A stretch of 64,000 nt of DNA, taken from positions 448,001-512,000 of the forward strand of contig CAWKBC010000032.1 in NCBI GenBank assembly GCA_963847705.1, written 5' to 3'. Shown here in pieces: positions 50,399 to 61,750 of the stretch (the stretch's first letter is position 1; each line of letters opens with the position of its first letter). Made by a program: the position numbers and the translations under genes. The notes under the pieces are model-generated. The model saw nothing but the letters and a program-made list of their open reading frames with translations, had not been told where the DNA came from and did no database searches. Origin of the DNA: an uncultured Pseudomonadota bacterium. GTDB taxonomy: Bacteria; Myxococcota_A; Polyangia; Fen-1088.

Positions 50399-50466
50399 CC
50401 CCGCGTGGCGCACTTGCTTGCGAGCAACTGGAGCGTGGTTAGGTTTTTACCTAGGAGAAAACACCC

Positions 50467-50736
50467 ATGTCGCTAGAAACCGTTCTCATCTGGATCGCGA
50501 TTGGACTCATCTCCGGATGGCTGGCCTCTGCGGTCGTCGGCGGAGGGTACGGCGTGGTCGGTGACATCGTCATCGGCATCGTCGGGTCGTTCCTGGGCGG
50601 CCTCATCTTCCGAGGTCTGCACCTGCACTCGCCGATTGGAGGGTTGGCGGGCACAATCTTCGTCGCCTTCGTGGGCGCCATCGCCTTGCTGATCGTTCTC
50701 CGGTTGCTTCGTTCGGCCGGCCCACGCCGATTGTAG
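50467..50736 (+). CDS. GlsB/YeaQ/YmgE stress-response membrane protein
   Basis: WIAIGLISGWLA..DIVIGIVGSFLGG..VGAIALL; AGGAG RBS. Confidence 0.92.
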   Translation: MSLETVLIWIAIGLISGWLASAVVGGGYGVVGDIVIGIVGSFLGGLIFRGLHLHSPIGGLAGTIFVAFVGAIALLIVLRLLRSAGPRRL

Positions 50737-50784
50737 TTGCCAACGCCGCCGGGCTTCGAGAACCTCGGGCCCGGCGGGAGTGGC

Positions 50785-52699
50785 GTGACGTCAGCTGAAG
50801 GTCACCCAACCACCGCCGAGCCCCCCCGGACCAAGGGCGTCGGCCGCCTGGGCCTGGCGGCGCTTGGAATCGTCTTCGGCGACATCGGCACCAGCCCCCT
50901 CTACACGCTGCGGGCCTGTCTGAGTGGGCGGGGGGTAGCCCCCTTCAGCTCGGCCGACGTTCTCGGCGTCCTGTCGCTGATCGTCTGGACGCTGACGCTG
51001 GTGGTGTCCCTCAAGTACGTCACCATCGTCATGCGCGCCGACAATCACGGCGAGGGCGGCATCTTCGCCTTGCTGGCGCTCCTCCCCGAGCGGCCGCGCG
51101 CCACCAAGGGCAGCGTGGTCGGAATCGTGGCCCTCCTGGTGATCGCGGGCGCGGCGTTGCTCTACGGCGATGGGATGATCACGCCGGCGATCTCCGTCCT
51201 CTCCGCGGTCGAAGGGCTCGAGGTGGCTGCGCCCTGGCTGAAGCCGGCGGTCTTGCCCGTCACCTGCCTGATCCTGGTGCTCCTCTTCGCCTTCCAGCGT
51301 CGCGGCACCGGCCGGCTCGGCCAGATCTTCGGTCCGATCATGGCGGTCTGGTTCGTGGTGATCGGCGCGCTCGGGGCGATCCAGATCGCCCAACATCCCG
51401 CGGTGCTGGCGGCGCTGGGGCCGCAACATGCCGTCCGCTACTTCGCCACCCACGGCGTCCGCAGCCTCTTCGTGCTGGGTTCGGTCGTCCTGGCCGTGAC
51501 CGGCGCCGAGGCGCTCTACGCCGACATGGGTCACTTCGGACCCGCCCCCATCCGCGCGGGTTGGTTCGCGCTGGTCATGCCCGCGCTGGTGCTCAACTAC
51601 CTGGGCCAAGGCGCGCTGATCCTGCGGGATGCAGCCGCCGCTCAGAATCCTTTCTTTGCCATGGCGCCGGCTGGTGCCGCGACCTACGCGCTCATCGGCC
51701 TTTCGACGGCCGCCACCGTCATCGCCTCGCAGGCGCTCATCTCGGGCGCCTTTTCCCTCACCAACCAGGCCATGCAACTCGGGTTTCTGCCGCCGGTGAC
51801 GGTGGTCCATACCTCCGGCGAAGAAGAGGGACAGGTCTACGTCCCCGAGGTGAACCTCGCGCTGGCCGTGGCCTGCCTCGCCCTGGTGCTCATCTTCCGT
51901 CATTCCAGCCGGTTGGCCTCGGCCTATGGCATCGCGGTCACCGGCACCATGGTCCTCACGTCCATCATCTTCTACGAGGTGGCGCGCACCACCTGGCGCT
52001 GGCCGTTGTGGAAGGCGGGCTCGCTGCTGGTCCTCTTTCTCTCGGTCGACCTGTCGTTCTTCGTGGCGAACCTCTTCAAGGTGGTCGACGGCGGCTTTCT
52101 GCCGCTCGGCGTGGGGTTGGTGCTCTTCCTCGGGATGGCGACCTGGAAGCGGGGCCGGCGCATCTTTCGTGATCAGATTCGAGGCCGATTCGCCGCCATT
52201 CGCCGACTTCCTGGCCGTTTGCCGGCGCTCCCCGGTGGCCCGAACGCCCGGCGTCGGCGTGTTCGTGACCGGCCACCCGGACGGTGTTCCGCCCGTCCTC
52301 CGCGCGCTGGTCGAGCGGGTGCGCGTCCTGCCCGAGACGGTGGTGCTCCTGACGATGGAGGTCTCCCACGTTCCGCGAATCACCCCGGGAGAAGGCAGCC
52401 GCCATGATCGGCTCGCCGAGGGGTTCCACCGGCTGGTCATCGCGCGCGGCTACCTGGACCAACCCGACGTTCCCGCGGCGCTGGCCCGCGCCTGCCGGAC
52501 CTGGTCCATTCCCATCGATCCGGAACGGGCGACGTTCTATCTCGGCCGCGCGACCTTCATTGCTTCGTCGGCCGGTCGCATGGGTCACTGGAGCGAGTCG
52601 CTGTTCGCCTTCATGGCGCGCAACTCGCGGCCGGTGACCGACGCTTTCTGCATTCCACCCGCCCGGGTCGTGGAGATCGACTCCCGCATCGATCTTTGA
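50785..52699 (+). CDS. kup: KUP/HAK/KT potassium transporter; +1 frameshift near 52176-52180
   Basis: GIVFGDIGTSPLY, DNHGEGG, ITPAISVLSA, EALYADMGHFG; C-terminal domain in ORF 51926..52699; deleting one T in GATTC joins the frames. Confidence 0.92.
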
Positions 52700-52758
52700 T
52701 GGTCGGCAATCTCGGCCCAGCATTGCCCTTGTCGGGCGCGTACCTAGGTTGCGGCTGC

Positions 52759-54876
52759 ATGCCAACCAAGCGCGCCCGAGGGACGACTGCTCCGACAACG
52801 CCAAAGGGCCAGGCCAGGCCGCCCAGCAAGACCGGTCGTGGTGGAGAGCCGCACCAGCTCGCCGAAACGCCGGCGCAGGTCCTCACCACGAATCAGGGCG
52901 TCCCCATCGGCGACGACCAGAACTCCTTGCAGGCGGTGAAACGGGGCCCGGTTCTGCTGGAGGACTTCGTCCTTCGGGAGAAGATCACGCACTTCGATCA
53001 CGAGCGGATTCCGGAGCGCATCGTGCACGCCCGCGGCTCGGCCGCGCACGGGTACTTTCAGGCCTACCGATCCCTCGGCAAGCTGACGCGCGCGGCGTTC
53101 TTGCAGGATCCCAAGAAGAGGACACCGGTCTTCGCGCGCTTCTCCACCGTGGCGGGCGGCGCCGGCTCCGGCGACACCGCGCGGGACGTCCGCGGCTTCG
53201 CGGTGAAGTTCTACACGGAAGAAGGAAACTTCGATCTGGTCGGCAACAACATCCCGGTGTTCTTCATCCAGGATGCGATCAAGTTTCCCGATCTGATCCA
53301 CGCGGTGAAGATGGAGCCGGACCGCGGGTTTCCGCAGGCCGCCTCGGCGCACGACACCTTCTGGGACTTCGTCTCTCTCCTGCCGGAGAGCATGCACATG
53401 CTGCTCTGGGTGATGTCGGACCGGGCCATCCCCCGGTCGTTGCGCATGATCGAGGGATTCGGGATCCACACCTTCCGCTTCGTGGACGACAAGGGGCGCT
53501 CGACCTTCGTCAAATTCCACTGGCGGCCGACCATCGGCGCCGCCTCGGTCGTCTGGGACGAGGCGGTGAAGCTCTACGGCGCGGATCCGGACTTTCACCG
53601 CCGGGACCTCTTCGAGGCGATCGCCAAGGGCGCCTTTCCCGAGTGGGAGCTGTCCATCCAGGCCTTCGACCAGAAGACCGCGGACAAGCTCCCCTTCGAC
53701 GTGCTCGATCCGACCAAGCTCATCCCGGAGGAGGTCATCCCCCTCGAGCCGATCGGCAAGATGGTCCTCGATCGGAACCCGGACAACTTCTTCGCCGAGA
53801 CGGAGCAGGTCGCGTTCCATCCCGGCCACGTCGTGCCGGGCATCGACTTCACGAACGACCCGCTCTTGCAGGGTCGTCTCTTCTCTTATCTCGACACCCA
53901 GCTCATCCGGTTGGGCGGCCCGAACTTTCACGAGCTGCCGATCAACCGCCCGAAGTGCCCGATGCGGAACTTTCAGCGCGACGGCTTCATGCAGATGGAG
54001 GTCCCCAAAGGGCGGGTCAGCTACGAGCCGAACAGCCTCGACCCCCAGGGGCCGCGAGAGCTCCCGGGCGGCGGCTTCACCACCTTCGCCGAGCCGCTGG
54101 CCGGCGCCAAGGAGCGCGTTCGCCCGGAGAGCTTCGCCGATCACTACAGCCAGGCGCGGCTGTTCTTCCGCTCGATGACCGAGCCGGAGCAGCGGCACAT
54201 CGTGAGCGCCTTCGCCTTCGAGCTGGGCAAGGTGGAGACGGCGGCGATCCGACGCCGGATGCTCGGTCACCTCGACATCGTCGACAAAGCGCTGGGGGAC
54301 GGCGTGGCGCAGGCGCTGGGGATGGAGGGTCAGGCCGAAAAGCTTCGTCCCGCGCAGGCCCCCATCGACTTGCCGCCCTCGCCGGCCCTGAGCCTCATCG
54401 GCAAGGCTGAAAAGACGCTGCAGGGGCGCAAGGTGGCGGTCCTGGTCGGTGATGGGAGCGATCCGACGCTGGTCGCCGCGCTGCGGGCCGCCTTGAAGAA
54501 GGAAGGAGCCGAGCTGGCGGTGGTCGCCCCGAAGATCGGAGGCGCCCGGGGCAAAGGGGGCCAGATGATCGCGGCCGACCAGGCGCTGGCCGGGGCGCCG
54601 TCGATTCTCTTCGACGCGGTGGTGCTCGCTCCCTCGGCCGAAGCGGCAGCCCTTCTGACCGAGCAAGCGGCCGCCATCGACTGGGTGAGAGATGCCTTCG
54701 GTCACCTGAAGGTGATCGGACACGTCGCGGCAGCCGCGCCTCTCCTCGAGCGAGCCGGGATCGCGGCAGACGCCGGCGTGATCGCGCTCGATGGCCCGAG
54801 GTCGATGGCGGCCTTCATCGCCGCGGCGAAGACCGCCCGGATCTGGGATCGAGAACCGAAGCTTCGCCATCCCTGA
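52759..54876 (+). CDS. katE: Large-subunit catalase HPII
   Basis: [32 protein letters not shown]; C-terminal DJ-1-like domain. Confidence 0.96.
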   Translation: MPTKRARGTTAPTTPKGQARPPSKTGRGGEPHQLAETPAQVLTTNQGVPIGDDQNSLQAVKRGPVLLEDFVLREKITHFDHERIPERIVHARGSAAHGYFQAYRSLGKLTRAAFLQDPKKRTPVFARFSTVAGGAGSGDTARDVRGFAVKFYTEEGNFDLVGNNIPVFFIQDAIKFPDLIHAVKMEPDRGFPQAASAHDTFWDFVSLLPESMHMLLWVMSDRAIPRSLRMIEGFGIHTFRFVDDKGRSTFVKFHWRPTIGAASVVWDEAVKLYGADPDFHRRDLFEAIAKGAFPEWELSIQAFDQKTADKLPFDVLDPTKLIPEEVIPLEPIGKMVLDRNPDNFFAETEQVAFHPGHVVPGIDFTNDPLLQGRLFSYLDTQLIRLGGPNFHELPINRPKCPMRNFQRDGFMQMEVPKGRVSYEPNSLDPQGPRELPGGGFTTFAEPLAGAKERVRPESFADHYSQARLFFRSMTEPEQRHIVSAFAFELGKVETAAIRRRMLGHLDIVDKALGDGVAQALGMEGQAEKLRPAQAPIDLPPSPALSLIGKAEKTLQGRKVAVLVGDGSDPTLVAALRAALKKEGAELAVVAPKIGGARGKGGQMIAADQALAGAPSILFDAVVLAPSAEAAALLTEQAAAIDWVRDAFGHLKVIGHVAAAAPLLERAGIAADAGVIALDGPRSMAAFIAAAKTARIWDREPKLRHP

Positions 54877-54964
54877 GGGGCGGGCCGCCTGCCCAGGCAA
54901 GCTCGGCCAGTCCGAATGAAGCGCGCCCGGGACAATTCCCTGGCGTGCGCGTCCTTTCTGCGTC

Positions 54965-55022
54965 ACCATCTAAGCAGATGGTAACCAGATGGTGTTCGGA
55001 TGGTCTCGGGATGGTCAGATGG
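54965..55022. promoter_or_regulatory. GATGGT repeat array (putative RHH operator)
   Basis: ACCATC at 54965, then GATGG(T) at 54977, 54988, 54999, 55010 and 55018. Confidence 0.75.
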
Positions 55023-55414
55023 CCGACCTAGAGAAGACCGAGAAGATCACGATCAACCTGGGTCTGGTCGATCTCGGGCAGATCGATCTGCTGGTGCAGG
55101 AAGGCTTCTACGCCAACCGCACCGACTTCATCCGCTCGGCAATCCGCACCCAGCTCGCCACCCGTGCCGCGGCGGTCGAGCAGAGCGTCGCCCGCAGGAC
55201 ACTGGTGCTGGGGAGCGCCCACTTCACCCGCGCGCAGCTGGAGGAGCTGCGCAGCGCCGGCCAGACGCTGCAGATTCGCGTGCTCGGTCTGGCCACCATC
55301 GCCGACGACGTCTCACCGAAGCTCGCGCTGCAGACAATTGCCTCGGTCGAGGTCCTGGGCGCGTTTCGCGCGACCGCCGAAGTCAAAGCGGCGCTCGCGT
55401 CGCGCATCGTCTGA
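55019..55414 (+). CDS. CopG/RHH family regulator
   Basis: EKITINLGLVDLGQIDLLVQEGFYANRTDFIRSAIR. Confidence 0.9.
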   Translation: MADLEKTEKITINLGLVDLGQIDLLVQEGFYANRTDFIRSAIRTQLATRAAAVEQSVARRTLVLGSAHFTRAQLEELRSAGQTLQIRVLGLATIADDVSPKLALQTIASVEVLGAFRATAEVKAALASRIV

Positions 55415-55452
55415 CAGCGCCGAGGGCCGAGAAGAGAAGAAAGGATCGTCCA

Positions 55453-56518
55453 ATGGACAAGGATCGACTGTCCCGAATGTACGAAGCCACCCGGCTGACC
55501 AGCCAATCACGATTCGCTGAGGCGGCAGCTCTCCTTCAGCGGGGCTCGGGTGGCGGCGGCCATCTGCCCAGCGTGCAAGCCCTGTTGTCTCGGCTGCCGC
55601 ACGGCTTCAACCGTCTGTCCGCGCCGGTGACGGAGCGTCGTCCTCGGCCCAAGGGCCCGGGCCTGTTCCTCGACCTCGACCACGCCAACGCGGCCGGCGC
55701 GCGCGCCTGCAAGCTGTATGTGCCCACCGGGTACGCCGGGCAGGCGGCGCCGCTGGTGGTGATGCTGCACGGGGGTACGCAAAACGCCGACGACTTCGCC
55801 GCCGGCACGCGGATGAACGAGCTCGGCGAGCGCCACGGATTCCTGGTCGCCTACCCGGAGCAGTCGCGCACCGCCAATCCCAAGGGGTACTGGAACTGGT
55901 TCCAACCCAAGGACCAGCAGCGCGGGAGCGGGGAAGCGTCGCTCATCGCCGGCCTCACCGAGCGGCTCATCGCCCAGTACGCCCTCGACACCCGGCGGGT
56001 CTACGTGGCCGGCTTCTCCGCGGGCGGGGCGATGGCGGCGGTCATGGCCGCCGCCTACCCCGACCTGTATGCAGCGGCGGCCGTCCATTCCGGCCTGGCC
56101 GCGGGCAGCGCCCACGACATCCCCTCCGCGTTCGCCGCGATGGCGCAGGGGGCGCCAACCCCCACGAGCCCGCCGGTCCCGTTCGATCATCTTCCATGGC
56201 GAAGCGGACCCCACGGTCAATCACGTCAACGCCGACGGCCTCGTCAGGTCCGTCCTCCCGGACGCCAGAGCTCGCCAGCGGCCGCTCTCGACCACTGGAC
56301 GGGTGCCCGGAGGCCACGGCTACACCCGGCGGGTCTACCCCGACCGCGACGGAACAGCGCTGGTGGAACAGTGGACGATCCATCATGCTGGGCACGCCTG
56401 GTCGGGAGGGAGCCCGGACGGCACCTACACGGACCCGCGGGGGCCCGACGCCTCGAGCGAGCTCGTCCGCTTCTTCGCCCAGCACGCCCAGCACGAGGTC
56501 CGGCAGCGGGCGGCCTGA
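55453..56518 (+). CDS. PHB-depolymerase-family esterase; +1 frameshift near 56182-56188
   Basis: VMLHGGTQ, WNWF, GFSAGG in the first frame; IIFHGEAD and GHAWSGG in the second frame; AAAGGA RBS. Confidence 0.88.
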
Positions 56519-56665
56519 GGCGGCGGCTCTCCTGCCAGAATGCGCCGCCGAACGTAAGGCATTCCCCCAGATGGGTAAGGCGGATCCCTAACTCGGCAGC
56601 GGATTGCGTACGGAATGCATCGGGGCCCTTGCGTACGCGGCAGGCGTTCCTATTTCCAAGTAGCG

Positions 56666-57028
56666 ATGACGGTTGTGATGCTGGTCGACGATGACGAAGG
56701 TGCGCGAGAGTCCCTCACGGAGCTTCTCGAAGAGACCGGCTATTCGGTCCTTCAGGCCGACAATGGCTCGACGGCGTGGCAGCTGTTGGAGGAGGTCAAG
56801 GGGAGGTGCGACATCATCGTGCTGGACCTGATGATGCCCACCATGAACGGATGGGATTTTCGCCGCAAGCAGCGGGGAGATCCCAGGTTCGCCGGCATCC
56901 CCGTGCTGCTGATGTCGTCCGGTGCTCACATCGCATCGGTGTCTGCCGAGCTGGAGGCCGCAGACTACATGTCCAAACCGGTGGAGATTGCGGATCTTCG
57001 GGAGAAACTCCGCAAGCACGCGGCGTGA
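56666..57028 (+). CDS. Single-domain response regulator
   Basis: LVDDD, LDLMMPTMNG, KP. Confidence 0.92.
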   Translation: MTVVMLVDDDEGARESLTELLEETGYSVLQADNGSTAWQLLEEVKGRCDIIVLDLMMPTMNGWDFRRKQRGDPRFAGIPVLLMSSGAHIASVSAELEAADYMSKPVEIADLREKLRKHAA

Positions 57029-57999
57029 TCGTCGTCGATTCGACCCGTGATCGCCCCGAGGCCGGCCCCGCGGGGGCTCGACAATTCCTGGGAGGATACG
57101 AGCTCGGTCAGCTGTTGGGGGTGGGCGGAATGGCCGAGGTCTTCAAGGCCGAATACAACCCCGTCCGCGGAGCTCGACGGACCGTGGTGGTCAAGCGCAT
57201 CCTTCCGCGCCACGCCAGCAACGCCGAGTTCACCAAGCTGTTCGTCGCGGAGGCGAAGATTCTGGGCCTCTTGAACCACTCGAATGTCGTCAAGGCTTAC
57301 GACTTCGGAGAGGAGAACGGCGTCCTCTTTCTCGTCCTGGAGTACGTCGACGGCCCCTCCATCGCCGACGCGATCGGAACCCTTCGAGAGCACGGCCGAG
57401 AGATGCCGGTCGCCGCGGCGGCACACTTTGCTCACGAGGTCTGCCTGGCGCTGGACTACGTTCACACCTTGAAAGGCGGGGACGGCGAGCCGCTGAACGT
57501 CATTCACCGGGACGTCACGCCGTCCAACATCCTTCTCACCCAGACTGGCGGCATCAAGCTTCTGGACTTCGGGGTGGCCAAGTACCGCGCCTCGCAGGTG
57601 AAGACCAGTGAAGGGTTCATCAGGGGAAAGGCCGCCTACCTGGCGCCAGAGACCCTGGAGGCGAAACCCTTCGACTGCCGGGTCGACATCTTCTCGCTGG
57701 GAATCGTTCTGCACGAGATGTTGACGCTGACCAGCCTCTTCGAATCCGACAACCACATGCTCACCTTTCGGAAGATTCTGGCCCTGCCGATCGAGCCTCC
57801 GTCGAAGATGCGCCCTTCCGTACCGGCGGAGCTGGACGCGATCGTCATGAAGGCCCTGGAGCGCGACCCCGCGCGCCGCTATCAGACAGCCGGCGACATG
57901 GCGGCCGATCTCCGACGGTTCGTGGTCGAAAATGGTCTCCCCGAGAACTGGAATGGCGCCTTCGTGCGCGCTCTGGTCGACCTCGAGACGCCGGGCTGA
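57025..57999 (+). CDS. Cytoplasmic Ser/Thr protein kinase
   Basis: GVGGMAEV, HRDVTPSN, DFG, YLAPE; GTGA overlap with the response regulator stop. Confidence 0.92.
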   Translation: MIVVDSTRDRPEAGPAGARQFLGGYELGQLLGVGGMAEVFKAEYNPVRGARRTVVVKRILPRHASNAEFTKLFVAEAKILGLLNHSNVVKAYDFGEENGVLFLVLEYVDGPSIADAIGTLREHGREMPVAAAAHFAHEVCLALDYVHTLKGGDGEPLNVIHRDVTPSNILLTQTGGIKLLDFGVAKYRASQVKTSEGFIRGKAAYLAPETLEAKPFDCRVDIFSLGIVLHEMLTLTSLFESDNHMLTFRKILALPIEPPSKMRPSVPAELDAIVMKALERDPARRYQTAGDMAADLRRFVVENGLPENWNGAFVRALVDLETPG

Positions 58000-58021
58000 C
58001 GGAAGGCCCAGGGCGGGCTGG

Positions 58022-58867
58022 TCAGAGGCCGAGGAGGATCTTCGAGACGTCGTAGAGAACGTCGCCCCGGCGGGGAACCGCAAGGACGGGGACGCGGGCG
58101 CGCAAGCTGGGCGCCCTGGCGATCTCGGCGGCCGCCTGGGCGTTGTACGCATAGGCCATCAAGGTGCGGAGATTGATGACGTCGTAGAGGTTGTATTCGG
58201 CAAACAGGCGCAACGCCCTGCGGTCCCCCTCCCGCCCGCGGCGAAACAGCTGGCAGGCGTCCCAACCGTCGATCCCCCGGAGATGCGCCGGCCGCGCCAG
58301 ATTCAGCGCACCGATGTCGCTCTCGATGCGCTTGAGCCCGCCATGATGGCCGAGGCGGGCCAGCAGGTGGCGGAGATCGATGTGACAGACAGGCGGGACC
58401 CAGTCCGGGAAAGCGCGTCGCAGGATCGGCAGGTCGAACGACAGCCCGTTGAACGTGACCAGGAGACTCCATTTGCGGGCCAGCGCCGGAAACAGCTGAA
58501 GATCGCGCCCCGCCAGCAGCAGACGCGGGCCCTCCCGGTCGAGAAAGCCGATCGCCGAGATGCCCTCGCGCCCCCACACGTCGTCGCCGGTCTCGATATC
58601 GAGATAGGCGGCGTCGTCCCCGAAGGCCTCGAAGAGCCGCCAGTGCTCGGAGGCCGGTAAGGTGGCGGCGAGCCGATCCACGTCGCCTCGGCTCAGAGCG
58701 GCCATCGCGTCGCCCACCGCGGCCCGCAGCAGCGGATCGGCGCGGTTGGAGACGACCGGACCGGGCCGCACCGCCAGGTCGGACCAGGTGGCGACGCCGG
58801 CGCACCAGAGTCTCCGCTCGCGCACGGGTCCCAGACCGGGAACGAGCTGGAACGTGCTCTGCAGCAT
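58022..58867 (-). CDS. YprB-like RNase H-fold (DEDD) exonuclease
   Basis: YLDIETG, VTFNG..FDLP, HIDL, GGLKRIE, YN..DV. Confidence 0.88.
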   Translation of the reverse strand: MLQSTFQLVPGLGPVRERRLWCAGVATWSDLAVRPGPVVSNRADPLLRAAVGDAMAALSRGDVDRLAATLPASEHWRLFEAFGDDAAYLDIETGDDVWGREGISAIGFLDREGPRLLLAGRDLQLFPALARKWSLLVTFNGLSFDLPILRRAFPDWVPPVCHIDLRHLLARLGHHGGLKRIESDIGALNLARPAHLRGIDGWDACQLFRRGREGDRRALRLFAEYNLYDVINLRTLMAYAYNAQAAAEIARAPSLRARVPVLAVPRRGDVLYDVSKILLGL

Positions 58868-58940
58868 GCACTGAACATACTATCAGTCCAGGCGGAAACA
58901 CCAGGAATCGCGCCGATCTGAAGCCGATCGGTCGCGGCCG

Positions 58941-59801
58941 TTACGGCCGGCTCAGCCCTTGCGCTGGCAGGGTGAAGGTCCCCTCCGTCGGGCCCAAGTT
59001 GACCGCCACGCGACCGACCGCGCCAGCGTCGAACCAAACCGTGCCTTCCAGCCGGTAGGGGACGACGAATGTCGGGGGGTGGCCCTGCTTCAGATCGTCG
59101 ACCGATTGCGCCGCGAGCTGTCGCATGGTCGCCAGGAGCTCGGACGGCTGCAACGACATCCGCGCGACGACCTGGAGATTGCCGGCCGGCGCCAGCTTGG
59201 GCGCCAGCAGCGAGGGGAGCTGGCCAGCCGCGCCCTCGAGGCCCGACACAACCAAGAGCGGCGCCGCCGCCGCGGCGTAGTCGGAGAGCGAATGAATGTC
59301 GTGCGACGAGGCCTGACACGCCGTGGGGTTCGACCCGGCGGCCGCACAGTTGGGAGCTTCCGCCGGGCAGAAGGTGACGCACGCGGCGCCGAGCTTCTGG
59401 TTGCTGGCCGCCGGGAAAACCGTCACCGCGGTGAGGAGGCTGCTGAGCGGCAGCGGCACCTGGTTCGGGTTCGTGACCTTGAATGAGACGTCGAAATCGA
59501 CGGCCATGGTGGCCGGCTCGGGCCGGGCGCCGAACAGCCCCTGACAGAGCAATGCTCCACCCCCGAGCGGCGCCGAGACCAGGTCGGGGCAGTAGTAGGC
59601 CGCCAGCTGCGTGGCCGACGGGGCCCGCGCCAGGTCGACCCGCTCGAACGTCAGGACCGGCGGCTGCACGCCCAGCCCGGCGCTCGCCGGCGGCGGCAAC
59701 CCGAGCGCGGCGCAGCCCGCCAGGGCCAAGACTGCGGCCAGGAGAGCGAGTGAAGCGAGGCGGGGGAGGATGGCCGGCGTGACCGATGATTTGTGGCGCA
59801 C
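58941..59801 (-). CDS. Lipoprotein with a LEA_2-like fold
   Basis: LAGC lipobox; FKVTNPNQVPLPL and VPYRLEG; start uncertain. Confidence 0.7.
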   Translation of the reverse strand: MRHKSSVTPAILPRLASLALLAAVLALAGCAALGLPPPASAGLGVQPPVLTFERVDLARAPSATQLAAYYCPDLVSAPLGGGALLCQGLFGARPEPATMAVDFDVSFKVTNPNQVPLPLSSLLTAVTVFPAASNQKLGAACVTFCPAEAPNCAAAGSNPTACQASSHDIHSLSDYAAAAAPLLVVSGLEGAAGQLPSLLAPKLAPAGNLQVVARMSLQPSELLATMRQLAAQSVDDLKQGHPPTFVVPYRLEGTVWFDAGAVGRVAVNLGPTEGTFTLPAQGLSRP

Positions 59802-59876
59802 GTGGATTCAATGACGGTAACCACGATCTTGGACGGGAGCTGCACAGTTCCAAGATGGCGTGGTTATAGTCCGCGC

Positions 59877-61304
59877 GTGGGCGACGACGACAAGCAAGCG
59901 ACCGAGAACAAAAGCGCCCGCGAAGAGGTCACCAAGCTCGGCAAGTTCATCCAGACCTACAGCGCCTTTCTCTCCAGCTTCGTGATCGGGGTGGCGGGGC
60001 TGGTGGCGACGTCCATCTGGCAGTACCGGCAGTCGCAGATCGCCTCCGCGCAGGCGCAATCGGAGCAGGCGATCGCCGCCACCAAGGCGGAGAACGACTG
60101 GCGCATCGCCCGGGCCGACATCCTGTCGAAGAACCTCACCGTGCTCTCGGGGCAAGGGCCGGGCAGCGCCGACCAGAAGTTCGGCGTGCTGCTCTCCCTC
60201 TCTCGCGGTCAGATCATCGATCCCGAGCTGGCCGTCTCGTACGCCATGGAGCTCGGCAAGCAGAACGCGACCTACATGCGGACCGTGCTGGAGGCGACCG
60301 GCAAGAAGAACTACGACCAGCTGGCCCAGGGATTCAAGCTGACCTGCCTTCAGCGATACGGCGTCCAGAAGGCGACCGATCTGTGCAAGGACGATACGCT
60401 GGTGCAGCGCTCGGACGCCATCGCCGAGGTGATCGTGGACGAGATGGACGCCACCAGCGTGGTGCACGCCGCCGCCGACAGCGGCCCGCTCTCCCTGCTT
60501 CGCGAGGAGCGGGTGGTGCAATCGCAGCCCGCCAAGTACGCCTGGTTGTTCACGCCGTATCTGCAGGATCTCTACGACCGCCGCCAGTGGCAGGACATTC
60601 AGCGCTTCGAGACCTTCTCCACCGGCGCTCACCTGGTGTCGTCGCTGGTGCTGGCGGCCGCGCGCACCGGTGAGCTGGTCAGCGCCGCCGAGGCGCCGCA
60701 GATCAACGGCTTTCACAGCGAGCACCGAAAATGGCTGGTCTCCTACCTGCTGGGCGCGACCTGCGGCGGTGACTGCCGCGGCAAGCTGGTCAACGCGATG
60801 CTGACCACCTACCTCGAGGCGGGGGGTGATTACGACGAGCCGTTCGGCCGCTTGCTCCTGCAGCCGCGGGCCCAGGCCGCGGCGACCTTCGCCCACCTGC
60901 ACATGCGCCTGCTCTGGTGCCAGGTCGGCGCGGAGGCCGAAGCGGAGTTTCGCGACAAGGTCCTCCTGCCGGTGTTGACCGCCGCGCTGGCAGACCCGAA
61001 GACGGAGGCGGCCGTGTTGGAGGACCTGGTCGGCCTCATCGCGCTCGTGCCCGAGCCCCCGGCCAGCGACGCCAGCACGACGACCGCCTGGAAGAAATTG
61101 TTCGACCAGCTCGATCACAGCAAGGAGCATCTGTCGCGCACCTACAACACGCGCCGGGCGGCCTCGGCACGCGAGCGCAGCAATCCGCCGCCCGCGATGC
61201 GGAAGGTGACCTTCTGCGGTCCCGACGGAACGCCGCCGCTGGCCGCCGAGGCGACCGCGGCGGCGGCGGCGAGCGCACCGGCGGCGAGCGCCGCCGGCCA
61301 GTGA
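59877..61304 (+). CDS. Hypothetical single-TM protein with paired cysteines
   Basis: TM segment FLSSFVIGVAGLVATSIW; long helical C-terminal region; coding-like codon usage. Confidence 0.75.
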   Translation: MGDDDKQATENKSAREEVTKLGKFIQTYSAFLSSFVIGVAGLVATSIWQYRQSQIASAQAQSEQAIAATKAENDWRIARADILSKNLTVLSGQGPGSADQKFGVLLSLSRGQIIDPELAVSYAMELGKQNATYMRTVLEATGKKNYDQLAQGFKLTCLQRYGVQKATDLCKDDTLVQRSDAIAEVIVDEMDATSVVHAAADSGPLSLLREERVVQSQPAKYAWLFTPYLQDLYDRRQWQDIQRFETFSTGAHLVSSLVLAAARTGELVSAAEAPQINGFHSEHRKWLVSYLLGATCGGDCRGKLVNAMLTTYLEAGGDYDEPFGRLLLQPRAQAAATFAHLHMRLLWCQVGAEAEAEFRDKVLLPVLTAALADPKTEAAVLEDLVGLIALVPEPPASDASTTTAWKKLFDQLDHSKEHLSRTYNTRRAASARERSNPPPAMRKVTFCGPDGTPPLAAEATAAAAASAPAASAAGQ

Positions 61305-61346
61305 AGCGCCACCCCGGGCGAGCTCGGGGTGACCGCCGCCGCGAGC

Positions 61347-61623
61347 TCAGCCGACCTTGTGCGCGCCCGCCGCTTGACCGACCGAGGCGGCGGCGTCGGC
61401 CAGGGCTTCCGGAGCGCGGTGGAGTCGCTCGCGGATGTCCTCCCGAAGCCCCCGGCCGGCCTTGGGCGCCAGCATGAACCCGATCCCCACGCCGATGAGC
61501 ACCCCGACGCCCAGCGTGCCCAGCGTTCCTGCCAGTGACGAGGCCGGAGAGCCCTTGGTCTCCAGGCCCAGCAGACCAAGTAGGTCGTCCTTATCCAGAT
61601 TCGAGAGAATCCTTGAGATTCAT
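61347..61623 (-). CDS. YtxH-domain protein; +1 frameshift near 61607-61611; missing from the ORF track
   Basis: GGGAGGAG RBS. Deleting one base gives MNLKDLSNLDKDDLLGLLGLETKG...GVGVLIGVGIGFMLAPKAGRGLREDI... Confidence 0.8.
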
Positions 61624-61750
61624 CGAGCTCCTCCCTGCAGATGTGGTTGTTGACGTGTCCTCGAGGCGAGATGCGATTGCGAGCCGGCGATGGCGTTCAC
61701 GGTCGAGATGGCCACCAGCACCAGCACCGCGGCGATGCTGACGAGCCGGA

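Noticed and set aside
50405-50422. Sigma54-like TGGCGCACTTGCTTGC before the GlsB/YeaQ gene (and a similar motif near 26605)
   Set aside because: GG-to-GC spacing is 11 nt rather than the required 10.
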